Assembly: GCF_000143415.4 (NCBI RefSeq)
Contig: NW_003314451.1
Location: 27,472 to 91,471 of the forward strand
DNA length: 64,000 nucleotides
Reading direction: 5' to 3'
Origin: Selaginella moellendorffii
Lineage: Eukaryota > Plantae > Lycopodiophyta
The translations under genes and the position numbers were made by a program. Below, piece after piece: positions 24,865 through 35,552 of this stretch (positions within the stretch are counted from its first letter, which is position 1; each line of letters begins with the position of its first letter). Below the pieces are notes generated by a model, which was given only the letters and a program-made list of their open reading frames with translations, had not been told where the DNA came from and ran no database searches.

Positions 24865-25593
24865 GTTAAAATAGTGTTTGTGTATAGAAGTAGTTTTTCT
24901 CTTCCACTTCAAATACTTGAATTCATGGGAGGTGAAGCAATTTCGAAAGCTTGAAACCGATGCGGTTCAGAGATCAAAGCGAATCTAAAATATTGATCCC
25001 GCAGAAAGAAGAAACAAAACACACCGGAGACTCTATGGTACAGGAATGTGGTAACTATGGCTCTCAGCTCTAGTAAAGTTCTCACTTCGTCAAAACATCA
25101 TTTTTATCCTAAAAGTGATCCTCCTCCTGTTTAGAGAAATAAATGGTTTATTTACTGAGGAGTTCCAAGTGAGTTTCAGACTATGCGATTGGAATTGTTT
25201 AGAAGACTATAATGCTATTCAAGCTTCAAACTTTAAAAAAATGGTCCGTGAACGTGGACTGACCTTTCAATCTTACCTTCTTTTCTGGATTTTAGCGATC
25301 AATGTAAGCTTCTTTGGTCTCCCGGCTGGAATGGACTTTTTCTTCCAGCGATTTCAGAAAGGGAGCACGAGGGTGTCAAGTTGCAACACCAAAACAAATC
25401 CATGATGGCACGAGATTTAGACGCGTCGATAAAACTGTGATCCGTGTGGAAATTTTCTTTCGGGTGAAATGGCTTCCGCCAGAAACGGACCTCGTAATTT
25501 GAACTAGCGAGGAATTTGGAAGTAGACGCGTCGTCTTACGATACCTTCAGCTATAAAAATCGCAACAAATTGGCATCGCAATCGAATTTTCCT

Positions 25594-25860
25594 AAGAAGG
25601 TGACACTCTGAGCTGTCGACGCACTCAAGCAGATTGAAGGTATAACACTATCTTTGGATTGCATTTCAAGTGTGGTTTTCTCAACAGGGGTTGACGAGGT
25701 GGAATGGGAGTCGTTAGGCCCGGTGGTGATTGGAAACTTTGATGTGGACGACGTGGTCAATGCAATGGATTGCCACCATAGAGTTCTTCACTCCATCGAG
25801 AAAGATTACGAGCCCCCAAAGAAGGAAGAGAAGGAGGAGGAAGAGGGCGGTGGTTCTGTT
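25594..25860 (+). pseudogene. HMA-like pseudogene
   Basis: No ATG and CxxC deleted in exon 1; exon 2 still recognisable. Confidence 0.75.
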
Positions 25861-26152
25861 CTAAGCAAAAGTTTCAAGAGCTTCGTGAGGGATTATTGGA
25901 TTTTCAAGAGATTAAGTGCTCAGGTGTGAATAACTGATAAGATCTACAATGCTTCTGCTGTTGACATATCGTCGCAAATCCGAGTGCAGGTCGTACTACC
26001 GTAGATTCGCACATGTATGTATACCTCTATATTACGTGACAAGGTGGGACGAACCAACAGAGAAAAAACAGAAAACAAATGGCGCCAAGCGCAAGAACAA
26101 CTTTTTGTTTCGACGTCAAACTGTTTTTGCCGCGTTCTGAGATCACCATCTG

Positions 26153-26185
26153 ATGGAGAAGGTGACATTGTCTACTTGCGAAAAA
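26153..26185 (+). pseudogene. Truncated HMA-like exon 1 fragment
   Basis: atggagaaggtgacattgtctacttgcg (MEKVTLSTC), then an A-run and (GATA)n. Confidence 0.55.
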
Positions 26186-26608
26186 AAAAACAGAGATAGA
26201 TAGATAGATATAGTCTATAGACATTTGGGCTTGGGTCCTACTCCGGAGAGCCATGCAAATGCTTATGCATGTAAGATCCTAAGAGAGGAAAACAAGATCT
26301 GGTTGTGCAAATCAATTTCAATCTTCTTTAGAAATGAAATTTCATCTGTTTTAAAGAACTACGAGTGAAATCTTCTTTTGCATTGCGAAAGCCTGGTGAA
26401 ATGGTCTTCCCCCAGAAGCGGGCCTCGTGTTTTGAAGTAGCGAGGAATTTGGTAGTAGACGCGTCGTCCTACGATGGCTTAACGTAGAAGCTATAAAATC
26501 AGTTCGAAGACGAGCAAGCGCGATAGCAGCTCGGCTAATTTTCCCTAGGAGAGAGCAAGTTTCAAGGAAAAATCTCCCAGTTGGATCTATTTTTCTTTTT
26601 TTGCAAGC

Positions 26609-26946
26609 ATGAAGAAGGTCACCCTCTCTACTTGTTGGAGCTGCGAGGGAAAGATCGACGCCCTCAAAAAGATCAAAGGTATAATCTTTGGATTGGATCT
26701 GGAGACCATGAATCTGGTGTGGTTTTTTCGACAGGAGTTGATAAGGTGGAATCGGAGTCATCAGGCCTGGTAGTGATCGGCAAATTTGATGTGGACGACG
26801 TGGTCAAGGCGGTGGATTGCCACCACAGCGTTCTTCGTTCCGTCGAGAACGATTACGAGCCCCCAAAGAAGAAGGACGAGAAGAAGGAGGGCGGTGGTTC
26901 TAGCGTTGTATACGTTTACACCCATACCTACAATTACTACAGCTAA
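26609..26946 (+). CDS. Small HMA-like protein, copy 5
   Basis: TCWSC, ends YNYYS*. Confidence 0.8.
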
Positions 26947-27480
26947 AACACTGCACAGATGTTAAGGAGCGCCAAATTGTGATTTTGGCAATTGGGATGG
27001 ATCAAGAGCGAAGAAACCGTTTCAAGAGTTTCGTGAAGGATTGATTGGATCTGGAGAAGCTGAGTCAAAAGCGGATTCAAAATAATATTCCCGCGGTGAT
27101 TACTTTTTGTGCAAATGCCGGTAGATTTCGGGAACTTTCGCGGGTCGAGAATAAGGACCAACTTTTTGTTCCGACGTCAAGCTGCTTTTTTGGCCGCCAA
27201 AAGTGGAGTGCCATTTTTCGTATGGATGTGAAGTTCTACACTGTCGGTCGACGCTGGGAGAAAACACGCCGAAGTAACTACAGGGAGAAGAAAGAGAAAG
27301 AGAAAGCGAGCGTATCGTGTCCCGACGCGTTTTGCTGTTGCGATGGTGTAAGATTTTCGTGCTTAAATAGGGTAGTCGAGTTCTAAAGAGAGATCAAGCG
27401 TGTTTTTCCCGAGTGAAGAAAGGAAGCAAGGATTCTGATTTGAGATCGAAGCTCGTTTTTCCACAAGCAAGCAATTCATC

Positions 27481-27869
27481 ATGAAGAAGGTGTCATTGTC
27501 TACTTGCGCGAGCTGCAAGGGGAAGACTGATGAATTCAAGAAGATCAAAGGTAAGAGCATGGGAAAATTTCTCTTTTTTGCTCCCATCTAACATTTGGGT
27601 GTGAAAAAACAGGGGTGGAGAAAGTGGAATCCGATTCTTCTGGCTTGGTTGTGATCGGGAACTTCGATCTGGACGATGTTCGCAAGGTGAACAGTTGCCA
27701 TCACGGGATCCTCCGCTCGATCGAGAACAATTACGAGCCCCCGAAGAAGAAAGAGGAGAAGAAGGAAGAGAAAAAGAAAGAGGAGAAGAAAGAGGAGAAG
27801 AAGAAAGGAGAGGAAAAGAAGAAAGTTGTGCAAGTCTACACCGACAACTTCAATCTCTACTACAACTGA
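27481..27869 (+). CDS. Small HMA-like protein, copy 6 (most divergent, longest KKEE tract)
   Basis: MKKVSLSTCASCKGKTDEFKKIK|GVEKVESDSSGLVVIGNFD...LYYN*. Confidence 0.8.
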
Positions 27870-28009
27870 AGTGAAAGTTTGAGATGGATTGATGCGATAG
27901 CGTTTGAATTCTTGTAAAAATCTTCCTTTTTCTCTTAAAAAGAAATTGTCAGTTTTGTATAAATTTTCTTGGGTTTTCCTTTCCTTCTTTGTTCACGAGG
28001 CTCAAACAT

Positions 28010-28112
28010 TTTGAGAATTTATGGCCAATTTCAGCGATTGTTCTCTAAGAATTCCAAAACTTGAAGATTTTGAGAATTTTTGGCCAATTTCAGCGATTGT
28101 TCTCTAAGAATT
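28010..28112 (+). repeat. Two-copy direct repeat, 60-bp period
   Basis: tttgagaattt(a/t)tggccaatttcagcgattgttctctaagaatt occurs twice. Confidence 0.7.
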
Positions 28113-28662
28113 TCCATAGCTGGATTGAGCGCTCCAAAACTTGATGAGATTTTCTTCCATTCAAACAAGAGCTGCCACCTAAGAACTGAGGTGACGAATT
28201 TCCATGTCTTTCACGTGGCGGCGGGCGATTGACCGCGACTAAAGACCTTGACTCTCATTGAATCTTCGCAAAGACTTTTCAAAGTCTCAAAGACTTTCAA
28301 AGATTTTCCACAGATTTTCCAAGGTTCCAAAGATTTTCCAAAGTTACAATGATTGTCAAAGTTCTTCCAGAGTTCTTCAAACACTTTCCTCGGCACATAA
28401 GGAAAATGATGTTTTGCTGTTGCTACATTTTACATTTCATGTTCTAAGAGGAACGAGCAAAAGTATGATCGCTCCCAAAAAATTCTCAGATTGTAACTTT
28501 TGAGCTTATTGGGATCCAACCATTTGAGAATCGAAGGATGGATGGATCGCCAGTCTTCTTTCTTCTTTGTCTGCGCGTTTTATACATGTTGAATCGTTCG
28601 CCTCACACTCGTAGTTACGACTAAAGAGAGTCTACCACTCATTCGTGATCATCACAGCAAGT

Positions 28663-31600
28663 TCAAAGCATCTCTTGGGAATTGAATCGATTCCACGCCA
28701 CCTGAAAGTGTGAATTCAAGAAGCACAAAGATCATCCCTGTGTTGAAACAAAGAGGGATTTGCGAAGAACCTGTAAGATGTGGAAGACTTTCTCGGCTAT
28801 GTACTTTTGCTGGACGCTCGCGTGCTTTTGCTGCATTTTGTCCGGATGAACACACAGCGTTGCTCGTCGGTAGGCCTTCTTTACTGCGGCTGGATTGATG
28901 AGCTCGGTGAGAGTTACTTGCTTCCATCCAGATTCCGGCCACAAAACCTGTGAGATCGATGGACAAGTGTAAAGGAAACTAGAAGAGAACACGAAGAAAA
29001 GTTTGGATCTTACGTATTGGAGTGTTGAAAGGAGAGCTCGAATGTTGCCATCTTTTCCTACAGACCACCGTTTGATATCGCTGTCGAGTCTCTCGGCCAA
29101 TCTCTGGAAGCAAAGAAAGTTTTGAGTTTTTCTTCTTTGGCCGGTGCCGACTTACTTGTCTTTCGGCTTGCTCGGATTGGAGCTCCAGATCGCGCTTGTT
29201 CTTTTGTGCCAAAGCCTGTGCCTGCAAACAAAATCCATTTTTTCTAAGCCCCGAGAAGGAAAAAGAAGAATTTTTCCACATACTGCGCGGTTTTGGGTTC
29301 TCCGGTAGCGTTCCAAGCGAGCTTTCCTTCGCTCTGGCGTCTCTCCTTTCAACTCTTGGAAATCCTCGCGAGAGAAGCCTGGGACACGAAAGAGACTGGC
29401 TAAGAACAATGGAAGGAAGCAACACAACTTACTGCTGTTTGAGTTGACATTGCTGGTTCGATCGCTCTCCAAGTTTGTGCTCGAAGTTGTCCTCCGAATG
29501 CCTCCATTCTCGGTTTGGCTTCCAGACGTAGGCATCGATGCCTGGAAAAGGAAGAAACAAGAACAAAGTTGGAAAAAGTGCAAATCGAGACCGAAACAAG
29601 CTGGATCTCGGAAACAAAAACCCGAGAATGTGAGAGAACAACTCAAAGTTGGCAAACGTTGGAAGAACCACGAACTCGAACGAGAAATGGAGAAAAAGAA
29701 AGATCTCTTACCGAGTTTGCAAAGCGTTGCTTGGGAGCGCTCGTCGGCCTGGAAGAGCTGGAAGACACTGGAGCTCGAGCAGCATCGTAGGCCGCTCGCT
29801 CGGCTCTCGCCCGTGCCTCAGCGTTGGCTCGCTCCACCGCCGCTCTCTCCATTTTCAACCGCGCCGCCACCTCCGCCGCCGCCACCGCCGCCTCCGCTTC
29901 GGCTCTCTCCCGCGCCGCCTTCTCCTCCAGTCCCACTCGGTCCTTCTCTCGCTCGATCTCCCTCTCTCTCTCCAGCTCCCTCTCCAGCCTCTCCCTCTCC
30001 CTTTCGCGCTCCTTCTCTAGCCTCTCCAGCCTCTCCCTCTCGCGCCTCCTCGCAGCGTCGATCCTCTCGAGCCTCTCTCGCTCGCGCTCCTCCCTCTCGC
30101 GCTCTATCTTCGCCACTGCCGCTCGCTCGCGAGCCTCGGCTCGCATTCTCTCCACCAGAGATCTATCCTCGCGGATAGCTCTCCCGGATTGGCGGTGGTG
30201 CTCACTATCCTTTGGATCGTCACGAGGAGTAGTAGCAGCAGAGCTCTCGGATCGCGCCAACCGCTCCTTCTCGAGCTGCTCGCGCAAAGAAACGCGCGTT
30301 CCTCCTCCTCCGCCACCTTTTGCCGTGGACGAAGAACCTGGCGACGAGGACGACGATGCCGGGTTCGCTCGATCCTCGAGCTCCTTGGCTACCACTTCGC
30401 TGCTCGATTGCTCTCTCAATCGAGGCTTGGTCCGCCTCTGCTGCGGCTGCTCGCTCGATGATTTCTTTCGATCCATAGCCGCTGCTCTCTCGGCCTTGGC
30501 CTTTGCTTCCAGCGCCGCTCTCTCGCGAACCTCGGCTGTGATCCTCGCCACCAAGCTCCTCTCGCGTGTCCTTCGAGCTTCTTCCATAAGTTCTCGCTTT
30601 CGTTGCTCCTCGATCGTCCTCCTCTCCTCCGCTTCCACGGATATCTCCAAGCTTTTGTTGCTCTTCTCGTGATCTCGCATGTTCGATTCAAGCCTCTCTG
30701 GAGTCTCTGGAGCCGCCTCTTCCTGATGATCCTTGGCCGCTGCTCCGGATCCAGGAGCGTTGCTGGATGATCCAGGGGTACTCGCGCTCGGCTGGTTCGT
30801 CGTGAAGCTATCGATGCTCAGGATGGATTCGCTGTCGGTGGTCTGGTCCTTCTCGTGACTTGTTGCCACTGCTTCCACTAGCTTGTGGATTTGCGGCGCT
30901 CCTCCAGCTTCTCCGGAGCTCGACAAACGTTCTTGATCATCCTCCTTGTTCTCGAAAGTTGGCGGCGCTAAATCATTATCGGTCGAGCCTTGCTCCTGCT
31001 CCAAACCACTGCTCGATCGAGCTCCTGCTTCCTCGCGCTCCATAACGCCATTGCTTGATGGAGCTCCTGCTTCCTCGCGCTCCGGAACGTCATTGCTCGA
31101 TCGAGCTTCTTCTTCCCGGAACACTGGACTGGAGGTAGAAGTATCGATGGCTTCGCTAGAGCTCTTCTCGGCTTCTTCTACTTCCGGTTTGATCACCTTG
31201 CCATCACCTTCCACAGCTGCTCTAGCCTCTTCTTGCGATCCAGTCGCGGTTTCTTCAACTGGAGCTGCCACCTTTTCCTCCTCGTCCACCCTGATAGTTT
31301 GCTCGCCATCTTTGTCATCCTCGCGAGAGAACATCTGATCTTGCTTGAGTAGCGCGGCAGCCCTCGCATCTCTCTCGATGTGCTCCAGCGCCGCTCTCTC
31401 AGCTCTCACTTTGGCTTGCTCCGCCGCCGCCGCCTCCACTTCCGCCGCAATCCTGTCGATGGCTGCTCGCTCCGCTCGAAGTTTTCTCAGTGTCTCGGCT
31501 CTTGTCTTGGAGCTTGGATGAGTATCCGGCTTGACGTAGCTCGGTGGTGGAGACGAAGGAGAAGTTAGCTTCTCCTCCTCGGCCAGGTTGTGCTTTTGCC

Positions 31601-32721
31601 AGTCCAAAACTTTATCCCTGATGCTAAGCTCCGCGTGAGCGCTTCTCTCCTTGAGAACTCGCTCGAGCAGCTCGGACGATGAGTTTTGCTGCAAAGGTGG
31701 CGGAGTTCGCAGCGGTGGCGGCCCCGAGTCCGACTGAGTCCTTTCCAGGCACGCTTCTTCGAAAGAACTTTGGTTGGAAGCTCGCGATCGAGCTGGTGCC
31801 TCTCGCACTGGAGGAGGAATATCGGATGGCCTGGTCGTCAGGCTCACTTCACCAACACTCACCCAAGCTCTCTCGAATTGATCGTTCGAGAGATCTTGAT
31901 GCTGCTCACCGTTTTGTTTGAGTGTGGACATTCCAAGGAACGATCCTTGTGGCTTCTGTGGATCAAACAGAAAATGGAAGCTTACAAGTTTGCGTAAAAG
32001 AAAAAAGAGATTTTTGGATCAGCCAACCTTGAGAGCCGCCACGTCCAAAGCTTGTGGAGGTGCTGGAGCGTCTTTGGAGCTTCCAACAGTAGCAGCACTG
32101 CACAAGAAAAGTTTGTGAGCACTTGAAAGATAGGAGAAAACAATATAAATCTATGGCTATGGCAAGAAGCTTAGTTTGAGTTACATACTCTTTGCGTGGT
32201 GGCGTCCCAAGACCGGAGGAAGCAGTGGTGATCTTGGCCCCGGCAACATCACCCCCGAACGAAAACGGCCCCGATAAATCATCCGGCGCCTCACCAAAGA
32301 TATCCTCATACGTAACTCTCGAGCTGCTCTTCTTGAGAGTTGGAATCCCCCGGAAGATCTCATTGTCTCGGAGCTCCGACACCTTCATCCTCGACGAAGG
32401 CACCCGGAAAACGTCCTCAAACACCGGGATGGTGGAGTGGACATTGCAAGAGAAAACTTCGTCGTAGACGCTGTAAGACGATCCAAAACTGCCATAGCCC
32501 GAGGAGTGATTGTGGTGGTGGTTTTGATCGCTCCTGCCGCGAAAGCTTCCGCCAAAATCGCTCTTTCCAAGCTTGGTTCTACCAAAACTCTCCGAGAACC
32601 TAGCGGAGCTATCAAACTTTGGGCCACTGCCGCTGTTCTTGCTGCCTCTACTGCCAATTCGACCCTTTCCTGCCCGACCAAGTCCATAGTCCCGCTCCAA
32701 AATGCTACCAAAATCATCCAT
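28663..32721 (-). CDS. Auxilin-like/JAC1-family J-domain protein, multi-exon
   Basis: N-terminal [14 protein letters not shown], a long E/R/A coiled coil, then [15 protein letters not shown]|VLWPESGW...[12 protein letters not shown] (HPD motif) and last exon [12 protein letters not shown]. Confidence 0.92.
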
Positions 32722-33407
32722 TTCTTCCCCCTGGAGCTGGAAATCCAAGTTCTAAGTCGAGTTACTCACGAGTGAGAGATGGAGATGATCTTCCGGTTAG
32801 ACCTTCTCCCCCTTCTTCACATCGGCTTCCATATACTCGCGTGTTCTTCTTCCTCCTGTAGCAAAGCCCAAAGAGAAGAAGAGTGAAAACGTGCATTGAC
32901 TCTAATAGCTAGAGGCAAAAGGAAGAGCTATTTTTTCTCCTGGAGTGTGCTGTTCTAGAAGAAGAATATCCATTTACTCACCTTGCTTACTGCCGCATAG
33001 CTCCTCCCTTTCATGGCCCCGAAGAAAAATTCCACCTCTGGAGAAAAAAAACATGGGAAAGATTTCACTGTTAGTGCCGAGAATGAAGCGAAAGAACCCA
33101 CAACTTAAGCGCAACGCAAGCGCAGTCGATGGAGGAAAAGAGAGGAAAAGGAGAAAAGAATTCACAGATCGTGAGGGCGTGGAGGAGAAAGTGGAGAGTC
33201 GAAGAACCTGGAAGGAGGAGAGGAAGAACTTTTGCTCCTTTGGCTCGATCAGTCCGTGAACGAGAACCCACCATTCGCTGCTCGTCGGGTAGCAGCTTGT
33301 GTGCATTGTGTGCGCAAGGAAAAAAACAAAAGCTCGGGGCAAAACGAGGAAATGCTGGAAGCGCAAGCTGTTCTTGGGAGAAAAGAGAAGAAGAAGGGAT
33401 CCTTTTT

Positions 33408-33410
33408 CCG

Positions 33411-33443
<33 letters not shown>

Positions 33444-33455
33444 GGAGATGAGAGA
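33408..33455 (+). repeat. (GA)n microsatellite
   Basis: gagagagag run. A similar run is at ~21172-21195. Confidence 0.85.
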
Positions 33456-35552
33456 TGGAGCAAAGAAAAGAGCTCGCGAGCGCTTTGAAAGCGTCCAACA
33501 GCTCAAAAAGAGCGTTGTTTCGCAACTGGGCGTTGTGAAGACAGTGGAAAACGACACAATATAAGTAGGCTGGCTATGGAGGAAAAGAGAGGAGATAACA
33601 AAGTCTCATGAGAGAACAACGCAGTCTTTAAGCAAAGAGCTGCTTCTTCGCACTGACACAAACCAAAACCCAAAAGAGAGAAAGCGAGCAGCGGAAAAAA
33701 AAAATTCCACTTTTCCTTTAGCCCGAGAGATCAGCAGCAGAGCTTTGAGCTTGAATGAATGAAAGGGAAGCTTTTGTTTGTGTGTTCTTCAAGAGCAAAG
33801 GCAGAGCTCTTGGAGAAGAATGCTGGTGGCGTTCCAGGCTTTGGCTGGAGAAAGCCGCAATCTTTAATCATGGGTTTGGTGCTGGAGCTCCATCTCGCAA
33901 GCAATGCGGGTAGCTAACAATTTCTCCCTGTTCCCTCATCGATCCACAGTAGAACCTAGTGAACTTTCCTTTGGGATCTTTCTTTTTCTTGCCAAATTGC
34001 GATCAGTTCCTCGCAGATTCCAGGATTGTTTCTTCATGGGTGGGGGACAAACACGGATTGGAGCAGGATTAGCTGCTACCCATTTGGGAAATCGAGCAAA
34101 CTTCTCCCCCAATTAGTTTTTTCCTCACAGTCACAAGTTCAACTGTTCATGGCCAGCGAAATCATGAGATTTGTGGGCGGGGGCCAACCCGCGCGGACCA
34201 AATGTGGGAAGTTTCTTCGCCGCGGGATGGGCTACGCATTCCCACCTGATGAGACAAAAGGAAGAACTTCCGGCCAAATACAGAGCACTATATACAGTGG
34301 TGGTTTGGATCGATCATTCCAACTCGAGAACTTGATCCGCAAAAAAAATAGCTGGAACCCATTATAGCTGAGAGAAAACCCATCAAAACCCACCAAGCGA
34401 TCGATCAAAGTCGCACATTTTTGCCACAAGATCAAGGAAAATCACGAAATGTCGTGTCACGTTATGAACAAGGAAAAAGTAACATTAAGAAAATCCATCG
34501 CCCAACAGCCGGGGAGTCGCAAAAACGTGAAGTTTGGATCGATTCGACTGGGGATGAGTAAGTACTTACCACTTTTCTCTTCGACGCTACGCCCCCAACC
34601 AACATGAGTTGTTCTTCCGTCCATCAAATCGATTGTTCGTCAATCCATTGGTCCTTTTGTAGCGTTCCCTTATGAGTCCACCTACTGGAACTTCCTGCAA
34701 ACGCTTCCAGGGACAATTTCCAAAACCTTTGCAGGCTTCGGGAACATACCAGCACGATTCTTGGCTAACTTCACTTTTTGTTCTTCGCACTCTCTAGGCT
34801 AATGTGTCCAAAGAAACTTTAGAACATTTGCGGACAGGGACGGGCAGCCAACGAAAGAAAGCTTTCTTTCTCTCGCTAAGCTACTGTAGATCCTTGCTGC
34901 AACGAGCAGCGTGGAGCAGACCTCTAGGGACGTGGACATGTTGCAAACAGGAGAAGAAATTGTTTTCTAGTCACCGATCGATCAATCGCATGAGCTAAAA
35001 CAAAGCTCTGTGTGTTTCGTGGGTGTTCTATCAAAGAATCCGAGAATTTGTGCGAGGAGTCCTTACGTAGGTAGCTGTCCGTGGCCTGCTGGCTGGCCTG
35101 GCGCTCATCGTTCTCAAAGAAAACTCTTAAACAAATCTCATCTCCATGGGTTTTGACAAACAATGTCAAACAATCCTTGCGAATTTCTTCCGAGGTCCAC
35201 ACCGTACCTGTGGAGAAAAGATTTTGTCTGGGTTGTGTATGCTTGTTTTTTGATGGTTTCATGGTGTTCTTCGTGGCGCTAAGCATTGCTTTTGGTATGA
35301 TTGTTTGATTTCGCTTGGCCGCTTTTGATTGCTTGCTTCCATCGCCAGCACCATGAGGAGAAAAGAAATATGTCTAGATTAGCTCACCCATCATTGCGGA
35401 ATCGATGGATTCCTCCTCATCAATTCGCGATTGTCAAAAGCTTTCTACGAGCGAGGACGATGCATTTGCCGCGCCCCCAAGTTTAAAATTTTAAACATTA
35501 GGGCTCTTATTTGGGTTAGGGCGCGTGCCCTAAAAACAGAGGGACACTGGAT

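Noticed and set aside
29444-30672. Pro- and Ser-rich plus-strand ORFs
   Set aside because: Antisense of the E/R-rich auxilin-like exon.
32945-33564. Several overlapping ORFs
   Set aside because: Produced by GA/CT-rich leader sequence and a microsatellite upstream of the auxilin-like gene.
34560-35400. Possible small spliced minus-strand gene
   Set aside because: Splice-like signals are present, but I could not build a consistent frame or recognise a domain.
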